The translations under genes and the position numbers were made by a program. The notes beneath the pieces are model-generated. The model was not told the origin of the DNA. It made no database searches and saw only the letters and a list, made by a program, of their open reading frames with translations. From assembly GCF_009914755.1 (NCBI RefSeq), contig NC_060930.1: 64,000 nucleotides of DNA; one strand, written 5' to 3'. This DNA comes from the human T2T-CHM13v2.0 reference genome, Homo sapiens. Numbering within the stretch: position 1 is the first letter of the stretch; each line of letters starts with the position of its first letter. This document shows, in pieces, positions 1-16,318 of this stretch.

Positions 1-28
1 ATTTTCTTCAAGTCTAATGGAGGGGATA

Positions 29-82
29 GGAGTGGTGTGGCTTAAATAGAAGAGTGGAGTGGTGTGGCTTAAATAGAAGAGC
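29..82. repeat. 27-bp tandem duplication
   Basis: GGAGTGGTGTGGCTTAAATAGAAGAG(T/C) at 29-55 and 56-82. Confidence 0.9.
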
Positions 83-1404
83 GGACTTCCCGTGAGAGAG
101 TGCAGATAAGCCAATTGATCCCCTTTCCCACACTGCTGGCATGAGGCAGGGCCAGAGATGCCAGGCCCCAGAGCCACAGGAAACCTGGAAGAGGCAGGAC
201 AGGCTGAGGGGTGAACAGGGTGGAGAGGGCACAGGAAGTGCACAGGATCCTCAGGGCGACCAAGGAAAGGAATGTGTGAGCTGGTGCCAAGAAGCTGAGG
301 ATAAAAAAGGATGAAGAAAGGAGAAGGGACTGGGTCAGCTGTAGGATAAGGAAGCTGGAGGAGGGGGCTCCTGGGCAGCCCTTGGTATGCCATCTTAGTT
401 TCATTCCACACCTTGATAGGTAAGTCTTAGTTCTTCCATGGTCCCTCTCTTCTGAATTCTCAGGTGACCTCTCCCATAAGAGATACAACAGCTAATTCAG
501 GCACCATCAGACAGCCCGGAGCCTGGGCTTCTGGGCATCATCCACACACCCCATGCAGGGATGGGGAGGTTAGGAAGATGCTGGGGAGTTTGTGGGTGTC
601 TGAGATCAAGGTATGGGGAGGGAGGAGGTCTGTTGGTGGAGTCTACACTATTCCCCACTGCTCCAGGGTAATTCTCACCAGTATTCAGATTTGCCCCATC
701 AAGTAGAGATATAAAAATACAGCTAGTACGTGAGGCCCTAGTCAGGAATACCTGCCCTCAATCCAGTCAACCCCATGTTCTCCCCATCTTCTCCCGATTC
801 ACCACAAGCTCTCCCCTCACTCCCATGATTGTCTTTAAGATGTTCAGGAGGTTATCACTCATGGCTACAGCAGTTCCAAATACAAAATTCATTTCTGGCT
901 TATACTTCCAACCACCCCCCCACATTACCCACACCCACTTTCAAAAAGGATCTGAGGTCTATAAGTTGATATTCTATATAAATTGAAATAGAAAACGAAA
1001 AACTATTTGGAGAAAAGAGGAAGGAAATATACCAGCGGGTATAATTACTGTCACAGAGTAAGTCACAAAGAAATTGACTGAGGAAGTTGAAACTACTAAA
1101 TACTCTTGTCTGTCTATATGTACTAACATCTCAGAGAAAATTCATTTCAATAGCACTAATTAATATCAATTTTATTGTATTCAATTAAAATGCTGTAGTT
1201 ATAAAGCAAAATAATCTTAAAGATTATAAAATAGGTTTATGTTGATAGCAGAAGACACCTGATACCAGTAGCTGTATGAAAGCCATCACTTGGCAAAAGT
1301 CAAATGTGAAAGACAAACACAAGGATGCTTAACCACACATGTGGAGCCTGAAAATCAAGCAAATTGAAGCAGGTTGAATCACAGAAAAAAGCATGGATTT
1401 TAAA

Positions 1405-1590
1405 ATCAGGCAAACCTTCTGAATTCAACTCAGCTTCCTATTCACTAGCTATGTCTCATGACCTCTCTGTGCTTCAACTTATTCATACCCAAAGCTTAGA
1501 AAGTTTGTAGTGAGAAATAGCCATAGGCATCTAATGAATCTACTACAGTGCCTGCCACACAGGAGGCACTCAATAAATAGTATTTATTAA
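1405..1590 (+). mobile_element. MIR (degenerate)
   Basis: MIR-like core (tcactagctatgt...ctctctgtgcttc) and 3' end cagtgcctgccacacaggaggcactcaataaat. Confidence 0.55.
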
Positions 1591-1594
1591 TCAA

Positions 1595-3051
<1,457 letters not shown>

Positions 3052-3270
3052 CTATTAGAAAGTGATATTCACTATTTTTTATGGAATTAAGTATTCTCAA
3101 AAACTTTTATTTAAATAACTCTTAAGTTACCTCTATCAACACACAAAAGTTGATTCAGTTAAAGAAAAAACAAAAAAAACTTAATTTCTCTGTGGGCATC
3201 AAAATCTGATAGAAGCAAGAAATGATTCAGTTGCAGTATCAGAAACATAGTTTTTATATCAACAAAATTC

Positions 3271-3465
3271 CTTCTTTGTTTCTTTGTTGGGTTTTTTTTT
3301 TTTTTTTTTTTTTTTTTTGACTAAGTCTTGCTCTGTCACACAGGCTGGAGTGCCGTGGCTCCATCGTACCTCACTGCAACCTCAACCTCCTGGGCTCAAG
3401 CGATCCTCTTGACTCAGCCTCCCAGATAGCTGGAACTATAGGCATGCACCACCACACCCAGCTAA
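3271..3465 (-). mobile_element. Alu right monomer (FRAM/AluJ)
   Basis: Poly-T then antisense right arm; TSD AACAAAATTC at 3261-3270 and 3466-3475. Confidence 0.85.
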
Positions 3466-4208
3466 AACAAAATTCTTATAAAACACAATCATTGATGCTA
3501 GATAAAATTCTGTGTCACTGATTCATAGCTTCTGATGGGTATAGTTAAAATCCTTCCTTTGGGGTGGAAAAAAGGGAGAAAGGTGCCCTCAGAGCAGTAT
3601 TTTTCTTAATATTCTAGTGATGTCCAAGATGGCCTGCATTAATTATAATAAACTGATTTTGGTTGGATTCCTCTATTCTGCTCTGGTAGGGTGCTCAGGC
3701 TAACCTGTTCTGAAGATCTCAGAGATGTGGTATCAGGTGAGAAGTCCAAATGCCACATACCGAAGCTTCCATTGAAATGAGCATGGAGAAATGACTAGAG
3801 AGATTACCTGCTTCTACTCTTAATACCCAATTAGACCTATCTTGAGAAATCGACTATTGTTGAGTGTCAATTACGGTGATATTTACTATTCATTAAATAT
3901 CTCCTGTAGGCCAGGCTTATGCATGATCTCATTTTAACCACCAAAACAAATTCAGGTGTTTTTTTTTGTTTTAGAGGTAAGAAAACTAAAGATCAACTAG
4001 ATTATTATTTGCTCAGAGGTAGAACATGGGTTTATTCACAGTTGTGTCTAAATCTAAATGTAATTCTCTGCCTAGTTTATTATATTGTGCCCATCAGTAA
4101 AAATAAACATCACTGAAAATTAACATTGATAACAGAGATAGCTGAAGATGTAGGGGTGAGTTGTTACAAAGACTGTAACTTACTTTCACATGGTTCTGCA
4201 AACACATA

Positions 4209-4650
4209 CAGCTGATCCTTATTATCTGCAGTAGTCACATTCTATACAGTCTCTATGAACACTACATTAGCAAATACTGAGCCATTGCTCCCAGGAGAAA
4301 TACAGGGTTAGGTTCTTGCGAGCCTCTGGTCACAACATTTCTGTCAATGAACATATATATATATAAAAAATCTTGTTTCATGTGTGTTTCTATTTAAAGT
4401 CACCTTATTTAATATATATTTTTCACTCATTAATATTGAACTCATGGCAAACTATACTATAACTCATGCCTGAACTAAGCTTCTCTAACACAGATATTTT
4501 CTGTTAGGCACATCACAGCCTTTTTGAGCTTAGGATCACTAGGCAGTACTTCAGCACTATGCTCAGGGTCCATTTTAAATAGTGAAATCATCCACAGGAA
4601 AAAAAATGCAAAAAAAATGTGACACTGAATAAACTGTGGAAAGGACACTT
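4209..4650 (+). mobile_element. MER82 (TcMar-Tigger), 5' two-thirds
   Basis: TA followed by CAGCTGATCCTTATTATCTGCAG TIR; matches recalled MER82 consensus (gaaatacagggttaggttcttgcgagcctctggtcacaacatt ... aaaggacacttg). Confidence 0.8.
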
Positions 4651-5363
4651 GCTGAGTTTTGGGGGATTGAGGAGAGATGCAGGATGCATGAGCCCTGCCA
4701 TCATGGAGCTTTTAATCTATTACTAGAGGCAAAATTAACACAGTGAAATATTCACAAGACAATATAATTGAGCAGGTGAATGGGGTGAGGACAGTGTTTT
4801 ATATTACACTATCTGTTCTTGGTGGCTTTTATCTTTCCTTTTTCCAGGTTTTTCAGGCACCAGTGGTACTTTCTATATGAGCTTCTTTTAGGGTAAGGCA
4901 GATCAGCCTAAAACAAAGAAGTCCATTAAAAATGTGACTGGATTTCTTAAATGCAGAGTAGAAACTATAATCTGAAAGCCAAAGGGTTGTTTATTTGTGA
5001 GAACCAGCCTTTGTTCTGTGAACTAAATTGATTCCATGGAATTCTAAAAGCTGAGATTAATAAGATTGTATTATATGATTTATAATTCAAGTTTTGTGGA
5101 TTGGACACTGAGCAGTAACCTCTACAGAACAGTGAAGAGTGCCAGTTGATATATTTGCCTTCTTACCCACAATGGAAAGGATTTCCCAGTGAGCAAGAAG
5201 AGGAAATTTAGAGAGAATAAAATAGAGTGCTTAATAAGAATAAGATAGCTAGTGACAAAATCTGTTCCCTCCTGTGGTCAAACCTTAGGTGGAGTGTGGT
5301 AAAGACACTCAGAAATCCTTACTTAATAGTACTTTCCATGGCAGACCCCAAGAAGACAGCCAG

Positions 5364-5729
5364 TGTTTTAACCTCAGGTGCTATAATGAAATACCATGAC
5401 TGATGGCTTCAACAACAAACATGTATTTCCCATAGTTCTGGAGGCTGGGAAGACCACAATCGAGGTGCCAGCAGATTTGGTGTCTAGTAAAGGCCCACTT
5501 CCTGGCTCATAGGCGATGCCTTCTCATGGTGTCCTCGCATGGTGGGGAGAAGAAGCAAGCTATCTTAAGATTATTCTAAGAACATTAATCCCATTAATAA
5601 GGGCTCCATTCTCATGACCTCATCTAATCCTACTTACCTCCCAAAGACCCCACCTCCTAATACTATCACATTACAAGGTAGGGTTTCAACATACAAGTTT
5701 TGGGAGACACAAGCATTCAGTTTCTAACA
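5364..5729 (-). mobile_element. MaLR solo LTR (MLT1A/MSTD-like)
   Basis: catagttctggaggctgggaag...gtgccagcagatttggtgtct; end gggtttcaacatac...ttttgggagacac. Confidence 0.8.
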
Positions 5730-6259
5730 GAGTTTCATGGAAAAACATCTATTTTGAATGGCATTTGAACAACACGGCTCTTCGAAAATGAATGAGCAAT
5801 GACTGAGAGAGGTGGTGAGGCAGACCAGGCCTTCGCACAGCCTTGCAGAGCCATGTACATCACAGAATACTAAAGATAGGCAACAGAGAGTTTTCAGTCC
5901 TCAAGGAGAGGAATAGAAGAGGTGTAGGAGTGGGTGGGTCACAGGGGGTCTGGGAGAAGAGCAGGAGGACACAGATATGTGGACTTCACTGTTGATCAGA
6001 GCAAGGCAGGGACTAGGGTCAGCAGCAGCAGCTACCAGCCCACCATGTGAAAGATCAGGCAGGATGGAGACCCCTTTTGGGTGCCAGCCACAATTCCCCA
6101 AGGACCAGAGCATGACAACACAGTGGCCATCAACGGGAGAAGGCTATATGAGAACCCAGGTTACTTCTAAGCTCCCTGGATCATAAGGTCACTCTTGGGA
6201 AGAAGGAAGTGAGAACTCTGAATTTCACAGAATCCTTACTAAAAAAGGCAACATTTTAA

Positions 6260-6643
<384 letters not shown>

Positions 6644-7569
6644 TAAAAGCTTTAGACTATCAGTAAAAATGGATTCTACAACTGGAGCTGAGCTGATTTC
6701 AATTACAGAAAAATTTAAAATGTTACTTTTTTTCACATCGGACTGTGACTATAAATTTTGAACTTGCTCCATGTGCTACACTGTGGTGCACCACTCAAAA
6801 GCCCCAGAGCATTGCAAAGTTGAGGGAAATGAGTGAAGCCAGGAATGGACAGGGATGGTTGGGTTGGGCCCAACCAGAAGAGAGGAGGGCAAGGCCCTGG
6901 ATCAGGGCAATGGTTGAGTTGCATAAGCAGAAACTTACTGGGAGAGGCAGACAGCTGGGATCCTCAGGGTGCAGCTGTGAAGTATGAAATTACCTGCCTT
7001 GGGAATTGTAAGCACTGTAGCAGAAAAGTTAGCAGATTTGCCTACTCCAAAAATCCTTGATTAGAAGGCAATGGCCATGAGGTCTGAGCCCACCGCCTTC
7101 CAACAACATCCTCAGTTGAATGGACTGAGGGTGTTCTACACACTGGACCCAAGCAGGCCAATCAGCAGCCCTTTCCAGGGAATTTGGAATTGGGACACAG
7201 GGGCTCTGGTTCATCAACTCTCAAAGCTTAGCATACCTAAGACCCTTGTGAGTTTTTATGCTCCACCACTGTATCTTCAGAATTGGAGCTGAAAGATCTT
7301 TGGTCTTCAAAATCTTTGCTTTTCAAAATGTGTCTGGTGTAGCAGGTTTAGAGCTCAGGAATCAGTATTTCGACTCATATCCCTGGTGAATCTGAAACAG
7401 GAAGGCCATGGATCACCATCTGGGAAATAGGCTTCTGGACTAGGGGTTCCATAGAGCTAAGGTGGACATTTTTGGTCCTATAACTGTGACGCAGAAGAAA
7501 GAAGCCTGGAGAGAGGGAAGTATACAGCAGACATACAGAGAAAAGTCATGAGGTCCCAGGAGCTGGGCT

Positions 7570-7900
7570 CACCAGTCACACTTTCCCAGCCCTTCTCCTT
7601 TGCCTCCCCCACTCTAGTGGAGATTAGAAATTCTAAGCATTTTTCAGTCTCTTTTGAAGCCAAGAGGTCACGTGATGTATTTTTGGCCTATGAGAGGTAT
7701 GTGGAAGTTGGCTTAGTTGAGAGAGGGCATTTTGGGAAAGCATTTGCTTCCTGATTGAAGGGTAGATATACAGGCAGCTGCCCATTTCTACCCTTCTACC
7801 TGCATGAAGCTTGGAGCTGCAACATTTTTAATCCATGAAGCAATAAATGCAAAGAGCCAACACACTAAAGCTGCAGAGTGAGAAGAAAGGCCTCAAGCAA
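7570..7900 (+). mobile_element. Ancient ERVL/MaLR LTR fragment (MLT1J/LTR16-like)
   Basis: ttcccagcc...ggtcacgtgatgtatttttggcctatgagaggtatgtggaagt...gggaaagcatttgcttcctgat...ggagctgcaacatttt. Confidence 0.45.
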
Positions 7901-8564
7901 CAGACTCAATGCCCCCACTCTTGCTTGTGGCACATGCATAGACTATGCTTACATTTTCAGTGGCTTATAGGAAGAGAGCTTACATACATTTAAAAAATCT
8001 GTGTAATCAGGAACATGAGAACAGAATTGTGGTGAGTACATTCTAGCGGGATGATTAGGTAGAAAGAACTGAGCGCAAAGGGACCTGTACAATAACCACT
8101 ACAAAAGCAGTCCCAGCAGGGCCATTTTGAGAAAATTAATTAGAGAGCTAATTGCCCAGCCAAGAAACTGAATCCTCTAGATTTTTCTACAAATTATAAG
8201 GAAGTCCCAGCAGCTACAATTATGCTACAGAATGTGTCACTGTGGTATAGTTATAGACCAAACCAACTTAAAGACACCTAATCTGAAAAAACATAAAGTC
8301 AATAGGAAAGGCAGTTAAAAATCCTATGAGAAAACCAGAGAAGATGATTACAGAAGGACCTTAGCCTATGATCAGCAGCTCATGTTTGCATCACCTTAGC
8401 GTGGGCAACCAGACCTCAGGGCCCAACTGAGTTAACTGGTCAACAAATGCAGAATGTGCAAACTTACGTCCTGATTGGAAAGTATTTTATACATGGGATG
8501 GTACAATTACTAAAATCTTAGGAAGGAGATTTATTAAAACCCAGGAAAATAGAAAATATGATTA

Positions 8565-8837
<273 letters not shown>

Positions 8838-8843
8838 GATTAA

Positions 8844-9032
<189 letters not shown>

Positions 9033-9107
9033 TGAAGACATTTAAACAGTTTTGTAACCATAGTGACATTTTATGTTGTTTTGGTTGCTGCTTAAGGTAT
9101 TAGAGAG

Positions 9108-9545
9108 TTTATTAGTTTCCTGTGTCTGCTGTAACAATTACCACAAACTTGGTAGCTTAAGACAACAGAAATTTATTCTCTCATAGTTCTGGAGAAGAAA
9201 AGAGTCTGAAATCAAGGTTGTGCTGCCTCCAAAAGCTCTAGGAAAGAATTCATCCCTTTCTAGTGACAATGGCATTCCTTGACTTGTGGCCTCATCCCTC
9301 TGAACTCTGCCCCTGTGGTCACGTGGCCTCCTCATCTTCTGTGTGTCCATCTAATCTCCCTCTGTCTCCTCCTATAAGGACACTTGTAATTGGAATTAAG
9401 GTCCACTCAGATAATCCAGGGTAATCCCCCAAGTCCAGATCCTTAATCACATCAGCAAAGACCCTTTTTCCTCATTAGGTAAAATTTACAGATCCTAGGG
9501 ATTAGGATCTGGTATCTTTCAGTGGCCACACATCAGCTTCCTACA
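9108..9545 (-). mobile_element. MaLR solo LTR (MLT1B/C-like)
   Basis: attagtttcctgtgtctgctgtaacaattaccacaaacttggtagcttaagacaacagaaatttattctctcatagttctgg ... cctaca. Confidence 0.85.
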
Positions 9546-12089
9546 GAGAATGCCTAAGAAACTCTGATATACTTGATTTGTGATTTAATTTTCTATTTAA
9601 ATGTTTTTACATTTATAATTGATGTATGCACATTTAGGGAATTATGTTTTTGATGTATTATTTAGACAAGAAGTATGTGAATTTTTAAAGGAAGGTTGTT
9701 TTTAAAACGATTTTTAAATAAATTCATAAGATTACTAAATTAGACTTTTAAACAAAGTACAAGTGGTAGCAAATATTCTTTTCCACACAAAATCTCTTGG
9801 AAACATAATGAATCTATAACATACTTTACTTGAAGTCTTCCTTCACTTGCTCTGTGTGTGTGTGTGTGCTCCAGTGATCCCCAGTAGAATAGAGAATATT
9901 TCTCATTTCTACTCTAAAAGATGAGGACAAAATTGGACCCTTGCAAAAGGCAAACTTAGATGAGTGCACTCACCTACTTATTCCATTACTGATGAGATGT
10001 AGGATGAGAGGTTGAGCAATGAACAGGCACACAACACCCTGGGTCATCCACAGCCCATGGCAACTGCGCACACACAGCCTCTGGAGGACTTCAGAGCTCA
10101 CAGGTTAACTGCTGTTTGCCTCATAATGACTCCTGTGTCTTGTGCTGGTGGATTTGGGTTCCTTTAGCAATGGGTCATAAGGCTGCTATAGAATGCTTTA
10201 TTTTGTTTCTTTTCCCTGAGTAGGCTAAATATGTCCTAGGTTTTAAAGCCACTTTTTGAAGAGAGACGTTTGCTGAGCTGCATTTTTACAATACACTCTA
10301 TTCCATGAGGCACATGATGGAGTTCAAGGATTGCTCATCATTATCCAGTTGGACACTAGGACAAGAAACTTCTGGAAAACAGTTTTACTCCAGGGCATCT
10401 GCTCCTCCCATCAACATATTACCTTCTTAAGGTAATTCCTTTCCTGGCCACTGTACTTCTTTTCTTCCAAAAATCTCTCACCCTTCTCCTGAAAGATTTC
10501 TGCATGTCTGAGCAGATAGATGACTCCACTTCACAGGATTTGCATAAATTACACCATGTGGGGCTCTCCAAGAAAGTGGTCATTGATCAAGTCTCAGAGA
10601 CCTTTAAAATGTCTCTCATGTCCCCAGCATGCCATACTTTTGGCTATCTTTTGTCTGCGGAAACTACTTCCACCACTGAAGGAGATGTTTCCTCTGGTCC
10701 TCTTTAACTTTGCTCTGTGGTCAAAATGTTGGACCAAGGCTGTATTTTATGCTGCTCCTTTTTCCTTTCTGAGATCTAGTCTACTGAATATAATGCCCAG
10801 GCCATTGATTCATTCATGGCCATTCATTCTATAGGTTCTGGCAAGCACTACGAAGTATTACTAATTATGCTATGTATATGTAGTTTTGATCTTCAGGATA
10901 TGTTATAAATAAGAACTCAGTCACTTTCCTTATCAGGTAATCAGTTCCTCATACCTAGCCCTGTGCCTTTTGCAACTTAGGAAATTAGAGGGAGAGAGCT
11001 TAAGTAACTTATCTTGGATCACAAAGAGGCATCATGTGTCAGAGAAGAAGTATGTTATTTCATGATGAGTAGATCAAGTATAAATCATTTCAAACTTGAA
11101 ACACTTGAATAAAGCTAAACTAGTATGGTTTTTGAGTCACTAACATAGCATTTCCTCAATGCTTTGGGAGTTTCTTTGGATGCCTTCCACTAGACTATCA
11201 ATGAGCCCCAATCCCATTAAGCCTTTGAGAAGAAGTGAAGTTACTAGAGGATTACATGGCTCCTGGAATTTTTGTGTTTTTTCAGTGATGTGTTGATGGA
11301 TATGAGTCAAAAAGTAGATAGGAGCATTCCATAATTGAGGGAAATGAGAAAGGAGATTGGTTAATGATCCAAACAATTCTAACTGGGAAGGCTGTAAAAT
11401 TTGCTTTTCTTAATAAGACTGATGCTTTTTAATGTTGTCTTCCAGCTCCTTAAGGAAAATGACTATAGAAAATTGGAGGGGGTGTCCAGAAAAAGCACAG
11501 AGATTTGGAAGTCTACACAGAATTTCAAGTTCCTGTTCAAAGATTACACTTAAACACACCTTGATGGGCTTAGTCACTCAAGTGAGTTGGTATTGCAGGT
11601 GTTTGTCTTCCGTCCAACCGTGGGCTTCCTCTGTGGGAATTTCTTTTTGTGCAGCTGAGATGGTGTATAAGAAATCTCCAAAGTCAAAGCAAAGGGTAGT
11701 GACTAACTTGAAATTCCTTAATGGGGAAATTTCACAAAGGTCCCACCAAGGGCAGAAAATAAATGAGTCTTAAAGTTTTGGGAACTGATCATATAAGCAC
11801 ATAAAATAAAGAAACAGGGTGGGAAAATTCACTTCCCAGAGAGCCCTGGTAGCAAGAAGGCCAAGTCTTCCCAAAGCTGTGTCACCAATAAATCCCCACA
11901 GATTGGACCCATTTTTCCCCCAGAAAACATGACAAAGCTCACATGGAAATCCACACTGTGTCCAAAGTGCATTTTAAAATAATATTTTTCGATGAAAATA
12001 AGATTTAAAATATTTATATAGTTGAACACACATGCATACATCTATATAGATATCCGCACAGAATATAGTATAAAGAACATAAAATTAAG

Positions 12090-12608
<519 letters not shown>

Positions 12609-12904
12609 GTCCATTATTATAAGCAAACTCAATATAATGGAAAAACCACCTATATTCCCTGATGCTCTGGCCACACCTATGAGATACAGTACATGAAAAT
12701 CAAGTCCAAGTTTGGAGCTAACAATAAGAGGATGGGGATAAAGGACTCAACTGTGAGATACCTCCTCATTTTACTCTCTTTGCTGGATACCGTAGAGTAA
12801 GGCAGAAGTCATAGCTAATTGTCTAATTTTCCTCAACTTATTCCACCAGAAACTTCTCTAGACTAATAATGTTGGTTCTAAAATGAAGGTACAGTCTTGG
12901 ATAA

Positions 12905-13040
12905 TTGAGGTGATTAAAACTGTAGGTACCAGAGCCCAGAGCCAGACCACCTGGGTTCAAATTCTAGATGTGTCACTTACTGACTGTGCATCCTTTAGAA
13001 AATTTTTTCTAAAGGAGTGATAACTGTACCTACATAAACA
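12905..13040 (+). mobile_element. MIR fragment
   Basis: gagccagaccacctgggttcaaattctag...cacttactgactgtg. Confidence 0.55.
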
Positions 13041-13553
13041 ATGCTCCATAACTGTGCTGTAGTTGGAATGACTTTAACCTACTAAGAAGAATGGCAGTGG
13101 ATGAAAAATTTTCTGTTCTTTTTATTTCTTGAATGAGTCGGTATACCTCCCTCTGATCCCCTCAGAGTAAAACACTTGCTAGTCGGTACAGGGCCCTCAT
13201 ACACACTAGGAAAATATGTACATTGCTCAAGACACTTTATCACATTCAGTGGGAGAAAAAAAGTCTCTAATGACAACAGTGCAACTGATCTCCCCTAGAA
13301 TTGGGCAGTAGACAATCTGCTCAACCTTACATGATAGTCTTGTCTCTGAAACTCAGTCTCCTTTTGTGGAGGGAGAGAGGAGTGGTTAGGTTAGATCTCC
13401 CTAAATCCTCTGATAATTCCAAAAGATTCTGTGATTTTTTTTTTCTTTTAGGTGTTTAGACTGTCTTTAGGATGCAACACTTCATTCCAATTCTAGGGCT
13501 AAGGAGGGCTAGCAGACCAAGCACAGTTTGATCTCAGGGTTCTGTGGACTAGG

Positions 13554-13602
13554 GCAGATAACAGAGCATTTCAAGCAGATAACAGAGCATTTCAAGCAGA
13601 TA
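13554..13602. repeat. 21-bp perfect tandem duplication (2.3 copies)
   Basis: GCAGATAACAGAGCATTTCAA x2 + GCAGATA. Confidence 0.92.
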
Positions 13603-13794
13603 GCTGGCGAGGCTTGCATTTTCTGGCTAGATTAGCATCCTTCTCACCACCTTTTTACACATAGAACCCAAAACTAGGAAGACATAGCATGAGTCCACCC
13701 TGTGCCCTGCGTCATCCTGTATAGTCCAGGGAAGATACCGAGACTTGAATTGAAGCAAGGGTGCCTTTGCTTATGAAGAAGACTTTTTTTTTTA

Positions 13795-14240
13795 AAGGAG
13801 GCCATACATTTTCCCTTGCAAAGGAAACAGAAATTTCCATTTGTAAAGGTGTCCTCCTCTGCTGTACCAGGAAAAGGAGAATGACTCTTAATGACCAGAG
13901 AGACAACTCTTGTCACTGGAGGTGTACCAACTCGAGTCTGCATAACAAGCCTTATAAAATTGTTCTTATCTACCGTTAGTTTCCCCCAAATATTTACCTT
14001 CCCATCAGAAGCTCAAATTCCTTTTCCTTTGTCTAGTCATTTTTCTAGGATTTATCATCCTTTGTTAAAATGGGATATAAGCCTCTAGGCCTAACCATTT
14101 TTTTAGGTTTTTCACTTATTTTCTGTAAAGCTCCTGTGTATATATGAAATATTCTTCTATTAATCTGTCTTTTGTCAGTTTAATTTGCAGGCCTCAGTCA
14201 CTGAACCTAGAGGGTAGAGGAAAAGTTGTCCCCATATTTG
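13795..14240 (+). mobile_element. ERV1 LTR, MER34-like (partial)
   Basis: aaatttccatttgtaaaggtgtc ... attaatctgtcttttgtcagtttaatttgcaggcc...gaacctagagggtagaggaaaag. Confidence 0.65.
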
Positions 14241-15034
14241 CCTCTCACCTCATTGGCTATTGCAAACAAAACAACTATTCTTTTTACATCACTGAAAACA
14301 TGAAATCTAAAGGAAGAAAAATCAGTGAGAGGGAAGTCCTTACTAATGGGAATTAGGAGTGGGAAGATCAGGACCCGAGCAGCTGACCTTGCTTCTCAAC
14401 CACTTAATGCTCTTGGGGCCCCAGATTGGAAAGAACTGAGTCACCACCAAAATTCCTTTCTTCTTCCATCAATGTTCCCCTTGCTGTCTTTCTTGCTTCC
14501 TGCCATTTCTCCAGCCCTCTTTGGTATATCTTGGCCCTTTCTTCTCATGACTTCCTTTGCTGTTGCAAAGGAACTGCTATTCTACTCAGAAATCACTAAA
14601 CTACAATGGATTCATTTGCCTTTGCACATAAGCTTCTGGGGTGACCCTTTGGTTAGCCCCAACGTGCATCTCTGGGAATGATTTAGCAATCTAAGACTTA
14701 GTCTCAGCAAGAAGAGGAACCAAGATGTTCCTTTCTCACAGAACCTGTAATTTGACCTCCCTCTCAGAACAAAGATAAAGGGATGTGGTTTTTACTTACT
14801 GGCTGTAAGACACATTATACATTCATTTTATAGATGCTGAAAAAATGGAAGCCCCGGAAAGAGAACATTTTATAAGGAGAATCTCCAGGCATGTCTTAAA
14901 ACACAGAGACAAGTAAACGACACCTGAGTGTCAGGACTGCCAGGACTTTCCCGAGACATATCAAAGAAACCATAAACATAAATCACCCCAGGAAGACCAA
15001 GTGTGCAGATGAAGATAATACTTTAGACAAGCAG

Positions 15035-15240
15035 TGTGCTTTGGTTCACAAAGGACTTTCATTTTCACAATCTTTTTTGATCTACAAAACCTAAGCAGTA
15101 GTCAGGCCATATATTATTATAATTCCTACTTTACAGGTCACAAAATGACCACCTAGGGAGGCAAAGTGACTTCTAAACTCACACAGCTAATACGTGGTGA
15201 ATAGGATAGGCTTTCCCTTCTTGGCTTCTTATCCTGTGAT
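15035..15240 (-). mobile_element. MIR
   Basis: cctactttacagg...gaggcaaagtgacttctaaactcacacagctaata. Confidence 0.55.
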
Positions 15241-15877
15241 TTTTCTTCAAAAGAACTAGGATTGGAGTGTGCTGGGGGAAACAGAGGGCAGAAGAATGCA
15301 GCCAACAGCTCTGCCCTAGTAACCTGCTTTGCCAGCATCATCTTGGGGAACCTCAAGCACCTATTAGACCCCTTCTGTTTGCACAAGCACACTAGCCCTA
15401 CATTCCAATAGTGAGACTTTCTGTTCTTCTCCAGAACTATTCTCTATTGTAGGGAAGGATCACAGATGCCCCCAGGGGCTACAGTTTTGCCTAGAAGTCT
15501 CATCTTAGTCTCTCCTCTATTGCATCATGACCACTGTTGATGCAAAGCTACCTGGGGGGATAACACATAATCCATTGTGTAATAACTTCTTAGGTCACCA
15601 ATCATGTACCAGCGCAAGCTCTGTGCCAGGCCCTGTTAGGTGCCCACAGCATGAGACTTAATAAGCCAAGAGCTACAAGGAAGAATGGAAAGGCAAAAAC
15701 AAGTGAATACAGGGTTGTGTAGAGAGAACAGTGGAGGGAGTGTCAAAGGAGAGCATCTGATCCCAAACACGTTATCAACTTTCTAAGCAGGGAATAGGAA
15801 GGCAATAGTTTTATGATCAGGATGACCAACACTTCCAAGTTCCTAAGACATCTCAGAATGAGGAACAGAGCCATTGT

Positions 15878-16318
15878 GTTGTGCTAATGAGAAGGAAGCA
15901 GGTTCTGGAGTCTGGTATACCTGTGTTCAAACTCTGCAATGTATCCCTCGACCCACACTGAGGCTAGTGACAGTCCCTTATTTTACTCACATTTCCCACC
16001 ATGTAGAAATGGGGCTGTGGTAGTGCCTATAGCATTGTACTGCTGTGTGCATTATATAATTGGGCTTCACTTAATGAAGGGATGTGGGATGGTGATTAAG
16101 AGCACACACTGTTGGCATTCTAATATTGGCACTACCTCTAACTCTGCACCTTGGACAAGTAAATTTATTTGTACCTCAATGGTCTCATATGTAAAAATGA
16201 TGATAATAGTACCTCCCCCAGAAGGTTGTTATGAGGATTAGATGGTTTAATGCATGTAAAGTCCTCAGCACAGAGCCTGGCATATGGTAAACACCCAATA
16301 AATGCTAGCTGATATTAT
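15878..16318 (+). mobile_element. Two adjacent MIR copies
   Basis: ggttctggagtctgg...tgtagaaatgggg, then tgtaaaaatgatgataatagtacc...gttgttatgaggattagatg...cagagcctggcatatggtaaacacccaataaatg. Confidence 0.65.

Noticed and set aside
14887-14920. p53 half-site AGGCATGTCT with a second partial site
   Set aside because: The second half-site is imperfect and widely spaced.
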